From: an uncultured Candidatus Peribacteria bacterium
GTDB taxonomy: Bacteria > Patescibacteriota > Gracilibacteria > UM-FILTER-43-11
Assembly: GCA_964538225.1 (NCBI GenBank)
Contig: CAZIDW010000001.1
Coordinates: 1-44,949, forward strand
Direction: 5' to 3'
DNA length: 44,949 bases
Shown: positions 1-9,636 of the stretch, in pieces
How positions within the stretch are numbered: the first letter of the stretch is position 1
How the letters are laid out: the number at the start of each line of letters is the position of its first letter
Translations under genes and position numbers: made by a program
Notes under the pieces: model-generated
What the model was told of the DNA's origin: nothing
The model's input: only the letters and a program-made list of their open reading frames with translations
Database searches by the model: none

Positions 1-97
1 ACAGAGGTGATCCTCAGCTCAGCTTATTTTGAGTTTCTTTGGACAGCAGTGATTAACATAATAAAATATATTAGATTTTTCGCAATCTTTTAGAGTA

Positions 98-126
98 TTG
101 ACTTTTGTTGACAACGTGACTAAAAT
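98..126 (+). promoter_or_regulatory. sigma70-like promoter of the ATPase operon (TTGACT-17 nt-TAAAAT)
   Basis: TTGACT at 98-103, 17-nt spacer, TAAAAT at 121-126, about 20 nt upstream of the first ATPase ORF. Confidence 0.5.
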
Positions 127-147
127 ACCTCTCGCAATTTTACTATT

Positions 148-492
148 ATGTCCTCTAAACCTATGAGTGATCAAAGTCATTTTATCGGACAAATACAGCA
201 AAAAGAAAAGGAGGCGGCCAAATTGATTGAAAAAGCTGAAGAAGAGAACAATCAGCGTATTTCAGCTGCGAATGAAGAGGCGGAAAAAATTATTTCTGAG
301 GCTGAGGAAGCTGTCAAAAAGAGCGGTCAGGAACGTTTCCTGAAAGCTAAGGAGAAGGCCAAAGAGGAATATAAACGTGTTTTGGCAGGTTTTGACGCTG
401 ACCGCCGGGATGTAATCGAGGGCGGTAAGGGCCATTTGGATAAAGCCAAACAATATGTCCATGAGGCGTTTACTGGCTTGTTTAAGGAGTAG
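148..492 (+). CDS. V/A-type ATPase peripheral-stalk subunit (G/H-like), coiled-coil
   Basis: 114-aa Glu/Lys/Ala-rich helical protein, first gene directly upstream of subunit I, as in Thermus/Enterococcus V-type operons. Confidence 0.6.
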   Translation: MSSKPMSDQSHFIGQIQQKEKEAAKLIEKAEEENNQRISAANEEAEKIISEAEEAVKKSGQERFLKAKEKAKEEYKRVLAGFDADRRDVIEGGKGHLDKAKQYVHEAFTGLFKE

Positions 493-566
493 TTCAGATC
501 GTTGATTTAATCATTTTTCAATTATTCCGATGTGAAAATTGAAAATTACTAAATGTAAATCAGTAT

Positions 567-2555
567 ATGGCAGTTGTCCCCATGCAAAAAATCAATTTGT
601 GGCTGCATAAAGATGATAAGCCCAAAGCGCTGGCTTTTCTGCAAAGCAAGGGAGTCCTGCACCTTACCGATGTCCCTGCTGAACATGAAGCCCTGCAGCC
701 CATGGATATAGATGAAGAGAGCCGCCAGCTTGAAATGGACGTGGCCCAGCTGGATTTCGCGGTGAATTTTTTAGCCCGTTATGAACCCCCCAAAAAAGGC
801 CTGCAGGCCAAGATCGACGGCGCCCATGTGAAAGCCCATATTAATGAGATCGAAGATGCCGTCAAAAATTTTAAGCATAAAGATGTGGTTACCCGCTGTC
901 AGTCAGTGGAAGAACAGCTGGTCGACCTTCATAACGAAGAAAAATCCCTGGAAGCGGATAAAGATAAATTGCTGCCCTGGCGCCATCTGCCCTGCCCCCT
1001 GGATTCCCCACGGGAAACCGCCACAGTTACGTCGGTTTTTATAACGGTTGCCCTGAAAGACTGGCATGGTTTTAAAAACGACCTTGTCAGTATTTCCCCC
1101 CTGCTTGTACTGGAATGTGATAATATCGTCAATACGCGCGTTTATGTGCATATTCTCTGTGACCATTCGGTATTGCCGGAGGTCAACAGTCTGCTGGGCA
1201 CTTATAAGGCAGAACGTGTGGACCTTCCGGAGGCCAATGGGAATGTGACGGATAAATTAGGCCGGATTGATAAACGCCTGAAAGAGATCCATGAAAGGCA
1301 GGCCCAGCTTAAAAAAGCGGCTCGGGAATTATCTAAAGAGCTCCCCAAACTCCGCATGGTATATGATTATATGAACTGGAAACACCTCCAGAAACAGGCG
1401 CGCCGCCAATTCCGTTCCACAGCGTCTACGGTCCTTGTTTCCGGCTGGGTCCCTAAACAGGGCTTATCTGCTATCCGTCAGGATCTTACTAAAGTTACCA
1501 AGCATTTTGAATTGCAGGAGGTGGAACCCGCTGATGGGGAAACCGCTCCCGTGTTATTGAAACACCATCGCTTTTTACGGCCGTTCCGTTCCGTTACGGA
1601 TATCTACGGCCTGCCTTTGTACCACGAAGCAGACCCCACACCTTATCTAGCTATCTTTTTTATTGTTTATTTCGGTATGTGTCTGACCGACGCGGGATAT
1701 GGCCTTCTGATGTTTGTTTCCACCTGGGCGATCCTCCGTTATCTCAGGATCCCCAAAAGCATTGAAAATCTTGTCCGGCTTCTGATGTACGGTGGCGTGC
1801 TTACCTTTATTATGGGGATTCTGTTCGGCGGGTGGTTCGGGCTGACGCCTGAACAGGCGCCCGGTTTCCTGACCACGGTCAAGGATGGTGAATTGGTCTT
1901 TGTCGGTCAGACATTTGACGCGCTGGGCAACGCCATGTCAGTGCTCATCCTGTCGCTGGCGCTTGGTTTCATCCAGACTTTATTCGGCGTATGGCTGAAT
2001 TTTATCCACAATTACCGGCACATCAGCAAAAAAGAAGCTGTTCTGGATAATCTTCCCTGGGCGCTCATGCTGACAGTAATCGGTTTTCTGATTCTCACAT
2101 CTGCCGGTCTTCTGCCCGCTGTTTTCAAGACACCTCTGATGTATCTGCTGTACGCTGTCATCGCTTTGATTATTCTGACGCAGGGGCGTAAGCAATCTAA
2201 TATCATCGTCAAATTTTTCAGCGGGCTGTTAAGTCTGTATGGTCTGGTCGGTTATATGAGCGATGTCCTGTCTTATTCCCGTCTGCTGGCGCTCGGGCTG
2301 GCCACGGCGATCATCGGCATGGCGGTGAACACCATTGCTGTTCTGGCAAACGGCGTCCCGTATGTGGGTATCCTTTTCACTGTCATCATCCTGGTCGTCG
2401 GCCATATCTTTAACCTGGGAATCAATGCACTTGGCTCCTTTATCCATTCCGGCCGCCTTCAGTTTGTCGAGTTTTTCGGGAAATTTTTGGAAGGGGGCGG
2501 TACGCCTTTCCGTCCGCTGTCGCGTGAATCCAAGTTCGTAAAACTTAAAAAGTAA
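567..2555 (+). CDS. atpI: V/A-type ATPase subunit I (membrane a-subunit)
   Basis: 662 aa. N-terminal soluble coiled-coil half plus C-terminal polytopic half. Conserved SYSRLLALGLA and GHIFN...LRLQFVEFF motifs. Operon position. Confidence 0.9.
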   Translation: MAVVPMQKINLWLHKDDKPKALAFLQSKGVLHLTDVPAEHEALQPMDIDEESRQLEMDVAQLDFAVNFLARYEPPKKGLQAKIDGAHVKAHINEIEDAVKNFKHKDVVTRCQSVEEQLVDLHNEEKSLEADKDKLLPWRHLPCPLDSPRETATVTSVFITVALKDWHGFKNDLVSISPLLVLECDNIVNTRVYVHILCDHSVLPEVNSLLGTYKAERVDLPEANGNVTDKLGRIDKRLKEIHERQAQLKKAARELSKELPKLRMVYDYMNWKHLQKQARRQFRSTASTVLVSGWVPKQGLSAIRQDLTKVTKHFELQEVEPADGETAPVLLKHHRFLRPFRSVTDIYGLPLYHEADPTPYLAIFFIVYFGMCLTDAGYGLLMFVSTWAILRYLRIPKSIENLVRLLMYGGVLTFIMGILFGGWFGLTPEQAPGFLTTVKDGELVFVGQTFDALGNAMSVLILSLALGFIQTLFGVWLNFIHNYRHISKKEAVLDNLPWALMLTVIGFLILTSAGLLPAVFKTPLMYLLYAVIALIILTQGRKQSNIIVKFFSGLLSLYGLVGYMSDVLSYSRLLALGLATAIIGMAVNTIAVLANGVPYVGILFTVIILVVGHIFNLGINALGSFIHSGRLQFVEFFGKFLEGGGTPFRPLSRESKFVKLKK

Positions 2556-2560
2556 CAATT

Positions 2561-2697
2561 GACCTTTGACCTTTGACTTTTTTGAAATTTGTAATTTGCC
2601 CCTTCGGGGCGTAACTCGTAACTGGTAACTCGATTGCCACAAGTTACAAGTTACGAATTACCAGTTACAAATTTCGTCAGATGTCACATGTCAAATG
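2561..2697 (+). repeat. GTAAC nested-palindromic element, copy A (with GCCCCTTCGGGGC mini-hairpin)
   Basis: Arms GAAATTTGTAA (2583-2593) and TTACAAATTTC (2665-2675). Inner GTAACTNGTAAC arms. Outer GAC-N4 flanks pair 14/17. Near-identical to 11832-11937, 27405-27507(rc) and 29033-29150. Confidence 0.85.
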
Positions 2698-2727
2698 TGA
2701 TAAATAATTCTTAATTTTTTAATCATT

Positions 2728-3222
2728 ATGGAAAACGAATTAGTACAATCTGTTTCCCAATGGGGTCTGGCGCTGGCGGTTCTCGGCGGCGCTGTGGCCG
2801 TGTTTTTCGGTGGCATCGGATCCGCCATCGGTGTAGGCCTTGCTGGTCAGGCCGGTGCGGGTGTGACCGCTGAAAAACCAGAACTGTTCGGTAAGGTGCT
2901 GGTATTGGAAGCCTTGCCGGCGACTCAAGGTATTTATGGGTTTCTGATCGGCTTCCTGATTCTGATGAACACAGGTTTGCTGGCCGGTGAGCCGACCGCT
3001 TTTACCCTTAGTGAAGGGTTTAAAATATTTTTCGGCTGTTTGCCCGCGGGCATTTCCTGCCTGTTTTCCGGCATGCATCAGGGGAAAGTCTCTGCCGCCG
3101 GTATGGGCATGATCGCCAAAGACGCGTCTACCATGGGTAAAGCAATGGTGCTTTCCGCGATGGTGGAGACGTACGCGGTATTGGGCTTCTTGGTTTCTGC
3201 CCTGATCGTGTTCTCACTTTAA
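2728..3222 (+). CDS. atpK: V/A-type ATPase proteolipid subunit K (duplicated, 4 TM)
   Basis: 164 aa, Gly/Ala-rich TM helices, single carboxylate E147 in the last helix, LPATQ motif in TM2. Confidence 0.9.
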   Translation: MENELVQSVSQWGLALAVLGGAVAVFFGGIGSAIGVGLAGQAGAGVTAEKPELFGKVLVLEALPATQGIYGFLIGFLILMNTGLLAGEPTAFTLSEGFKIFFGCLPAGISCLFSGMHQGKVSAAGMGMIAKDASTMGKAMVLSAMVETYAVLGFLVSALIVFSL

Positions 3223-3302
3223 CAGTTGAAAGCTGAAAGATTAAAGTCGACCATGTTCCGATCTTTAATCTTCAATCTTTAATCTTTAATCCCTGAAATA
3301 GG

Positions 3303-3875
3303 ATGCCATTAAATGATATCCTCAAAAAAATTGAGGACGAAGCAAAGAAAAAAACTGCTTTCATCAAGCAGGTGGCGGATGATGAGATTAAAAAGATCCG
3401 CGAAGAAGCGCAAGTGAAAGCCGACGCGCGCCGGGCAGAGATCGAACAGAAGATCGAAACCCAGTCTGCGGCCGTGATCGAAAAATCCAAGACACTCGCT
3501 ACTATGGAGGGGCGCAGCCAGACGTTAAAACAGAAGCGCGGCGTGATCGACCAGGCTTATCAGGAACTGGAAAAGGACCTGAAGAACCTCAGCGATGAGG
3601 ATTATGTTTCTCTGATCAGCCGCATGATGAAGCACGCATCAAAAACCATTGAAAAAGGAAGCCTGACTGTTCCTGCCAGCCGCCGTGAACTGACTGAAAC
3701 AGCGATCAGGAAGGCGGGCGCGGATTTTGAGATCGCTTCTGAAACGACCGATTTCAAAGACGGCTTTGTCCTCACAATCGGAAAAGTGGAGATCAACCTT
3801 TCCTTTCCCTATCTTCTTGAAAAAGTCGTTCGTCCTGCCACTGAACTGGAGGTCGCCAAAATATTATTTCCTTAA
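3303..3875 (+). CDS. atpE: V/A-type ATPase subunit E
   Basis: 190 aa. N-terminal long charged helix (ILKKIEDEAKKK...) plus globular C-terminus. Operon position. Confidence 0.85.
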   Translation: MPLNDILKKIEDEAKKKTAFIKQVADDEIKKIREEAQVKADARRAEIEQKIETQSAAVIEKSKTLATMEGRSQTLKQKRGVIDQAYQELEKDLKNLSDEDYVSLISRMMKHASKTIEKGSLTVPASRRELTETAIRKAGADFEIASETTDFKDGFVLTIGKVEINLSFPYLLEKVVRPATELEVAKILFP

Positions 3876-3985
3876 TTTCGTAATTAGTAACTCGTAATTT
3901 ACTCGCTTGCGCTCGCGTAATTTATAAAGATTACAAATTACGACGGAATCAAATTACAAGTTACGAATTACATTATCAGTTAGCA
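3876..3985 (+). repeat. degenerate GTAAC-family element (copy E)
   Basis: Shares ACAAGTTACGAATTAC with copies A and B. CGTAATT/AATTACG arms. Confidence 0.6.
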
Positions 3986-4008
3986 CAGTAAGCCATTAGC
4001 AATCAATA

Positions 4009-5013
4009 GTGAAAAATACAAATTATGCTTACATCATCGGACGCCTCCGCGCCCTTGAGACACGGCTCCCGACCGAGAATGTTTTGGAGCGTATGATTGA
4101 GGCGGACAGCGCGGACGTTGCCTTTCAGGTGCTGAACGACCTGTCGTTTGTTGCGGGGAGTATGGGGGACTATGGCGTGGATGAGTTCCAGACGGTCCTG
4201 ACCAAAGCCACCGAAAAGATGTCCCGCCTGCTGGCCAAAATGACCCCCGACCCCTATGTGATGAAATTTTTGTGGCTCAAATACGATTTCCATAACCTTA
4301 AAGTCACCCTTAAGGCACGTCTGGCGGAGCGTGGTTACGCAGACGTGGAACACGCGCTGGTGGATTTTGGCTGCATGCGGGCGGAAGACTGGGAACAGTT
4401 TGTTTTTTCCGGAAAACTCCTTCCTTTGACCGAAGGGATGCATGACACGATTGCGGACGCTGTCCGGCAATATGAACTCATTCAAGATTCTCAGATCGTC
4501 GACTTGATCGTGGATAAGCATTATCTGGAAGAACTGCTGGCCATGGCCAGCCAGTTTAAAAGTCCGCTGACCATCGGCTATCTTCAGCGCCTGATCGACT
4601 TTACGAACCTGAAGACTTTTATCCGCTGTAAGGAACTTGAGAAACAGGATAGTTATCTGGAAGCAGTCCTTTTGAACGGCGGCCGTATGCCTGCCTCATT
4701 CATGCCGGAGCACTATTCAAAAAGTTATGAGGAATTGAAAGCCGGGCTCGAACAGAAGATGTATGCGGATGAGCTGGTCGTAGTGCTGGATGAATTTATA
4801 AAAGAAAAAACACTGCTTGCTGTTGAAAAGAAAACAATCGAGCTTCTTCAGGATTATATGGATGAAAGCAAAAAGATGTCTTTCGGCCCTGAGCCCGTTT
4901 TTGCTTTTTTCTGGCGGTTTGAGAACCATATGCAGACTCTCCGGAGCGTTTTAGTAGGCAAGCTTAATCAACTGCCCGCCGAGGATATCCGGAAGCATGT
5001 ACTTACCTTATAA
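4009..5013 (+). CDS. atpC: V/A-type ATPase subunit C (d-type)
   Basis: 334 aa, GTG start, N-terminus NYAYIIGRLRALE typical of the family, operon position. Confidence 0.85.
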   Translation: MKNTNYAYIIGRLRALETRLPTENVLERMIEADSADVAFQVLNDLSFVAGSMGDYGVDEFQTVLTKATEKMSRLLAKMTPDPYVMKFLWLKYDFHNLKVTLKARLAERGYADVEHALVDFGCMRAEDWEQFVFSGKLLPLTEGMHDTIADAVRQYELIQDSQIVDLIVDKHYLEELLAMASQFKSPLTIGYLQRLIDFTNLKTFIRCKELEKQDSYLEAVLLNGGRMPASFMPEHYSKSYEELKAGLEQKMYADELVVVLDEFIKEKTLLAVEKKTIELLQDYMDESKKMSFGPEPVFAFFWRFENHMQTLRSVLVGKLNQLPAEDIRKHVLTL

Positions 5014-5107
5014 CGAATTGTGGCTCGACTGGTTGGCCGAGTTGTGGACCGACTCGTGGAAATAACAATCACCATTCGAGCCACTGTACGGCTCACAATA
5101 CGAAACT

Positions 5108-5458
5108 ATGAACCAATACAAGATGGCCATCATCGGACCGCGTGAAGCGATTTTAGGATTTAAGGCCCTGGGTCTGGAACCAGTGTACGCCACGGATCCC
5201 AAAAAAGCGCTGGAACACCTTTATTCCCTTAAAAAGGAACGCACGGAAGGAGAAGAGGGAAGTACCAGCACCTACGCTGTCATCTTTATTATGGAGGAAT
5301 TGGCGCGTGAGGTGACACCGGATGATTATAAAAAACTTTCGGCGGATCCGCTTCCCGCTATTATCCCTTTGCCCAGCCATCTCGGCACCACGGGTTATGG
5401 CTTACAAAAATTAAAGACCATCGTTGAAAAGGCGGTGGGGATGGATATACTTTCGTGA
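5108..5458 (+). CDS. atpF: V/A-type ATPase subunit F
   Basis: 116 aa, MAIIGPREAILGFKALG N-terminus typical of subunit F. Confidence 0.85.
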   Translation: MNQYKMAIIGPREAILGFKALGLEPVYATDPKKALEHLYSLKKERTEGEEGSTSTYAVIFIMEELAREVTPDDYKKLSADPLPAIIPLPSHLGTTGYGLQKLKTIVEKAVGMDILS

Positions 5459-5536
5459 TTTCTGATTTGTGATTTCTGATTTGTGATTTCTGATTTGTGA
5501 ATTAAATCTCAATTCTCAAATCTCAATTCTCAAATC
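5457..5536 (+). repeat. simple-unit imperfect hairpin (GATTTCTGATTTGT x3 versus AATCTCAATTCTCAAATC x2)
   Basis: 5492-5503 pairs with 5511-5522 (11/12). A second 12-bp helix follows a 2x2 internal loop. Confidence 0.8.
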
Positions 5537-5566
5537 AATAAAACTATAATTCTTTAATCAATAATC

Positions 5567-7330
5567 ATGACTCAAAAAGAAGGTAAAATTATTAAAGTCT
5601 CCGGGCCGCTTGTGGTCGCCAAAGGCATGTCGACCGCCAAAATGTTTGAGGTGGTTTATGTGTCGGATCAGCGTCTGGTGGGGGAAGTAATCGGTCTGAA
5701 CGGCGACACCGCTTCGATCCAGGTTTATGAAGAGACGGGTGGTGTCGGTCCGGGTGAGCCGGTTTTCTTAACAGGCCAGACTCTTTCCGTTGAGCTGGGG
5801 CCCGGACTTTTGGAAAATTTTTACGATGGAATCCAGCGTCCGCTGGAATTAATGGAAAAAGAATCCGGCGCGTTTATTGCCCGCGGGATTCATGTTCCCG
5901 GTATTAACCGTGAGAAAAAATGGGATTTTAACCCCATGGTGAGCAGTGGCGACACGGTTTCTGAAGGGGATATAATCGGTGAAGTGCAGGAAACGTCATT
6001 GATCAACCATAAGATTATGGTGCCTGTCGGTTTATCCGGCAGGGTAAAGGAAATCCATTCCGGCGAAAAAACGGTTGAAGAAACCGTCGCTGTTATTGAG
6101 GACGAGAATGGCAGGAGTCATGATGTCACGATGCTCCAGAAATGGCCGATCCGCATTTCACGCAAATCCAAATCACAACGGGTCCCCTCTGAACCGCTGG
6201 TGACCGGTACCCGTATTCTTGATACGCTGTTTCCGCTGGCAAAAGGCGGCGCGGGTTGTATTCCAGGTCCGTTCGGCGCCGGTAAAACCGTTACCCAGCA
6301 GACTGTGGCCAAATATTGTGATGCCCAGGTGATCGTTTACGTGGGCTGCGGGGAACGCGGGAACGAGATGACCGACGTGCTGATGGAATTCCCGGAACTA
6401 AAAGATCCGAATACCGGTGAACCGCTCATGAAACGCACGGTGCTGATCGCCAACACTTCTAATATGCCGGTGGCCGCCCGTGAAGCATCGGTTTATACCG
6501 GAATGACGATTGCCGAGTATTACCGTGACATGGGCTACAATGTGGCGCTGATGGCCGATAGCACTTCCCGCTGGGCGGAAGCCATGCGTGAAATGTCCGG
6601 CCGTTTAGAAGAAATGCCCGGCGAAGAAGGTTATCCGGCTTATCTCGGCTCCCGTACCGCTGGTTTTTATGAACGGGCGGGCGCGGTGGATTGTTTAGGA
6701 TCCGATGAACGTAAGGGCAGTCTTACGGTGATCGGCGCGGTGTCTCCTCCGGGCGGTGATCTTTCAGAACCGGTCACCCAGAACACCCTTCGTGTTACTA
6801 AAGTTTTCTGGGGTTTGGATGCCACCTTGGCCCGACGCCGCCATTTCCCGGCCATCAACTGGCTCTCTTCTTACACGCTTTATGATGAAAATGTGGCTCA
6901 GCACTGGTCAAAAGAAGTAGCCGATGATTCACTGGAAATCCGTAAGGATGCCATGAAACTTCTGCAGGAAGAAGCGAAGCTCGAAGAGATCGTCCGTTTA
7001 GTGGGAATGGATGCCCTGAGCCCGAAAGAACGGCTGGTCATGGAGGTAGCTAAATCCCTTCGTGAAGACTTCTTATTTCAGAACGCGTTTGATAAAGTCG
7101 ATGCTTTCTCATCACTTAAAAAACAATACTGGATGCTTAAAACCATTATGACCATTTACTATTCAGCTCAGGATGTTGTCGGACAGGAAGATTTTGATTT
7201 CGATGACCTTAAAAAGCTTCCGATTATGGAAAAGGTGGTTAAAGTCAAAGATATTGAAGATGGGAAATGGGATGAATTTGAAGCACTTTCCAAAGAGGTG
7301 GCCACATCAATTCAGTCACTTAAAAAGTAA
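5567..7330 (+). CDS. atpA: V/A-type ATPase catalytic subunit A
   Basis: 587 aa, Walker [10 protein letters not shown], conserved [27 protein letters not shown]-like block. Confidence 0.97.
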   Translation: MTQKEGKIIKVSGPLVVAKGMSTAKMFEVVYVSDQRLVGEVIGLNGDTASIQVYEETGGVGPGEPVFLTGQTLSVELGPGLLENFYDGIQRPLELMEKESGAFIARGIHVPGINREKKWDFNPMVSSGDTVSEGDIIGEVQETSLINHKIMVPVGLSGRVKEIHSGEKTVEETVAVIEDENGRSHDVTMLQKWPIRISRKSKSQRVPSEPLVTGTRILDTLFPLAKGGAGCIPGPFGAGKTVTQQTVAKYCDAQVIVYVGCGERGNEMTDVLMEFPELKDPNTGEPLMKRTVLIANTSNMPVAAREASVYTGMTIAEYYRDMGYNVALMADSTSRWAEAMREMSGRLEEMPGEEGYPAYLGSRTAGFYERAGAVDCLGSDERKGSLTVIGAVSPPGGDLSEPVTQNTLRVTKVFWGLDATLARRRHFPAINWLSSYTLYDENVAQHWSKEVADDSLEIRKDAMKLLQEEAKLEEIVRLVGMDALSPKERLVMEVAKSLREDFLFQNAFDKVDAFSSLKKQYWMLKTIMTIYYSAQDVVGQEDFDFDDLKKLPIMEKVVKVKDIEDGKWDEFEALSKEVATSIQSLKK

Positions 7331-7426
7331 TTTTGGAAACCTAAAAACTTAAAAATTCATAACACTTAAATATTAAAAAATTAGTTTTCAAGTCCGAAAG
7401 TTTAATTCCTATAATTTATAAAAACA

Positions 7427-8797
7427 ATGCAGAAAGAATATAAGACAATTACCTCTATCGCCGGTCCGCTCATGGTAGTGGAAGGCGTTGAAGGGATCAA
7501 ATATGAAGAGCTCGTTGAGATCCAGATCCCTGGTGAACAAAATGTGCGGTTGGGTAAAGTCCTTGAGGCTTCGGAAGGCAGAGCGCTTGTTCAGCTGTTT
7601 GAGAGCCCACAGGGGACGGTTACCGAAGGCGCTAAAGCCCGTTTTCTCGGCGAGACGATGAAGCTCGGGCTTTCTGAAGACATCCTTGGCCGGGTGCTGA
7701 ATGGGGCCGGTGTACCGATTGACGGCCAGCCACCCATCATTCCCGAGAAACGCCTGGATATCAGCGGAGCCGCTATCAATCCTTTTTCCCGCGATTACCC
7801 GAATGACTTTATCCAGACCGGGGTCAGTACGATTGACTGCCTGAACACACTGGTCCGCGGGCAGAAACTGCCGGTCTTTTCCGGCGCCGGGCTTCCGCAT
7901 AACCGTATCGCCGCCCAGATCGCGCGTCAGGCAAAGGTGAAAGACGGTTCTGATTTCGCGGTGGTGTTTGCCGCTATGGGCGTGACGTTTGAAGAGGCTC
8001 AGTTTTTTCAGTCCGAATTTGAAAAGACCGGCGCGATCGAAAAAGCGGTCCTGTTTGTGAATACGGCTGATGATCCGGTGGTCGAACGTATTGCCACCCC
8101 TCGTCTGGCCCTGACCACGGCTGAATATCTTGCTTATGAAAAAGGAATGCACGTGCTCGTCATCCTTACCGATTTGACCAACTATGCCGAAGCGCTTCGT
8201 GAAGTGTCTGCGGCCCGTAAAGAAGTGCCTGGCCGTCGTGGTTATCCTGGTTATTTGTACACCGACCTGGCTACGTTGTACGAACGGGCCGGCCGTATTA
8301 AGGGAAAGGATGGTTCAGTGACTCAGATTCCAATTCTTACCATGCCGGAAGATGATATCACCCATCCGATTCCCGATTTGACAGGTTATATTACCGAGGG
8401 GCAGTTCGTGCTGTCGCGTGAATTACACCGCAAGGGTATTTATCCGCCGGCTGATGTGCTTCCTTCTCTTTCCCGCCTGAAAGATAAGGGTATTGGGCCG
8501 GATAAAACACGTGAAGATCATTCCGGGGTGATGAACCAGCTGTACGCCTCTTATGCCCGCGGTAAGGATGTGCGCGAGCTCGCGGTGATCCTGGGGGAAG
8601 CGGCTTTGGATGAGGTAGACCGCGCTTATATGAAATTTGCCACCGAATTTGAAGATAAATATATCTGCCAAGGTGAATATGAAGATCGTGATATTGAAAA
8701 TTCTTTGAATCTTGGCTGGGAACTTTTGAAAATCCTTCCAAAATCCGAGCTCAAACGTGTTAAGGAAGAGCATATAGCTAAATATATGAAAGATTAA
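7427..8797 (+). CDS. atpB: V/A-type ATPase subunit B
   Basis: 456 aa, strong family signature ([32 protein letters not shown]), no canonical P-loop. Confidence 0.97.
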   Translation: MQKEYKTITSIAGPLMVVEGVEGIKYEELVEIQIPGEQNVRLGKVLEASEGRALVQLFESPQGTVTEGAKARFLGETMKLGLSEDILGRVLNGAGVPIDGQPPIIPEKRLDISGAAINPFSRDYPNDFIQTGVSTIDCLNTLVRGQKLPVFSGAGLPHNRIAAQIARQAKVKDGSDFAVVFAAMGVTFEEAQFFQSEFEKTGAIEKAVLFVNTADDPVVERIATPRLALTTAEYLAYEKGMHVLVILTDLTNYAEALREVSAARKEVPGRRGYPGYLYTDLATLYERAGRIKGKDGSVTQIPILTMPEDDITHPIPDLTGYITEGQFVLSRELHRKGIYPPADVLPSLSRLKDKGIGPDKTREDHSGVMNQLYASYARGKDVRELAVILGEAALDEVDRAYMKFATEFEDKYICQGEYEDRDIENSLNLGWELLKILPKSELKRVKEEHIAKYMKD

Positions 8798-8871
8798 TTT
8801 TATTTCTGATTTGTGATTTCAGATTTCTGATCTAAATTACAATTCTCAATTCATAATTATCAAATTTTAAA

Positions 8872-9501
8872 ATGGCGATATTAAACGTCAATCCAACTCG
8901 AATGGCTTTGCTGGGGCTCAAGAAAAAGCTCAAGAGCGCCCAACGAGGGCATAAACTGCTTAAGGACAAGCAGGATGGTCTGATGCAGAAGTTTATGGAG
9001 ATCATCCGCGAAGCTAAAAAAGTACGTGAAGAGGTAGAGGAAAGGCTGGGCGCGGCTTTTAAAAATTTCATCCGGGCCAGCTCGCTGATGCCCGAAGAGT
9101 TTATGGAAGGGGCGCTTTTGTATTCCACGGCTAAAACCAAACTGGCTGTGGAGACCAAAAACGTCATGTCGGTCCGTATTCCCAAATTCAAACTTGAAAC
9201 GCAAGGGGATGTCATTACCTACGGTTACCTGCAGACCAGTGCGGAGCTGGACGTTTCCCTCCAGTCTTTCCAGGATGTTTTTCCGCTTCTTATTGAGCTG
9301 GCAGAGATTGAAAAGTCCGCGGAAGCGCTGGCGGATGAACTGGAAAAGACCCGCCGCCGCGTGAACGCACTGGAATACCGCCTGATTCCCGACCTTCAGG
9401 ATACTATTCGCTTCATCCAGATGAAGCTTGGTGAGATGGAACGAGGCACCATCATCAACACCATGGTAGTCAAGGCCAAACTCGAAGCCCAATCCGCTTA
9501 A
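8872..9501 (+). CDS. atpD: V/A-type ATPase central-stalk subunit D
   Basis: 209 aa, N-terminus NPTRMALLGLKKKLKSAQRGHKLLKDKQD typical of subunit D. Confidence 0.92.
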   Translation: MAILNVNPTRMALLGLKKKLKSAQRGHKLLKDKQDGLMQKFMEIIREAKKVREEVEERLGAAFKNFIRASSLMPEEFMEGALLYSTAKTKLAVETKNVMSVRIPKFKLETQGDVITYGYLQTSAELDVSLQSFQDVFPLLIELAEIEKSAEALADELEKTRRRVNALEYRLIPDLQDTIRFIQMKLGEMERGTIINTMVVKAKLEAQSA

Positions 9502-9636
9502 AACGCATGACTTTGATTGAAATATCGCCGGTTTTTTGATATACCTTTTTTGGTAACCCCATTTATTATGTTCTTTGGAAAACAAAAAAAGGGCATCGGT
9601 ATACGGATCGGTCACAAACGGCTTATGGGTTTTCGT

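Noticed and set aside
108-113. TTGACA as the -35 element of the ATPase promoter.
   Set aside because: It lies only 7 nt from the TAAAAT -10 hexamer. The neighbouring TTGACT at 98-103 gives the canonical 17-nt spacing.
2229-2642. 137-aa minus-strand ORF starting MWQSSYQLRVTPRRGKLQ. A similar N-terminus appears in the ORF at 11547-11900.
   Set aside because: The shared N-terminus is simply the translation of the GTAAC repeat. The remainder is antisense to atpI and to rpmI respectively. It is an artefact of the repeat, not a gene family.
5457-5536. Possible CRISPR array. Similar tandem tracts occur at 8803-8830 and 18193-18275.
   Set aside because: The units are only 7-14 nt with no unique spacers between them, and no cas genes are present. 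These are simple tandem units forming hairpin arms.
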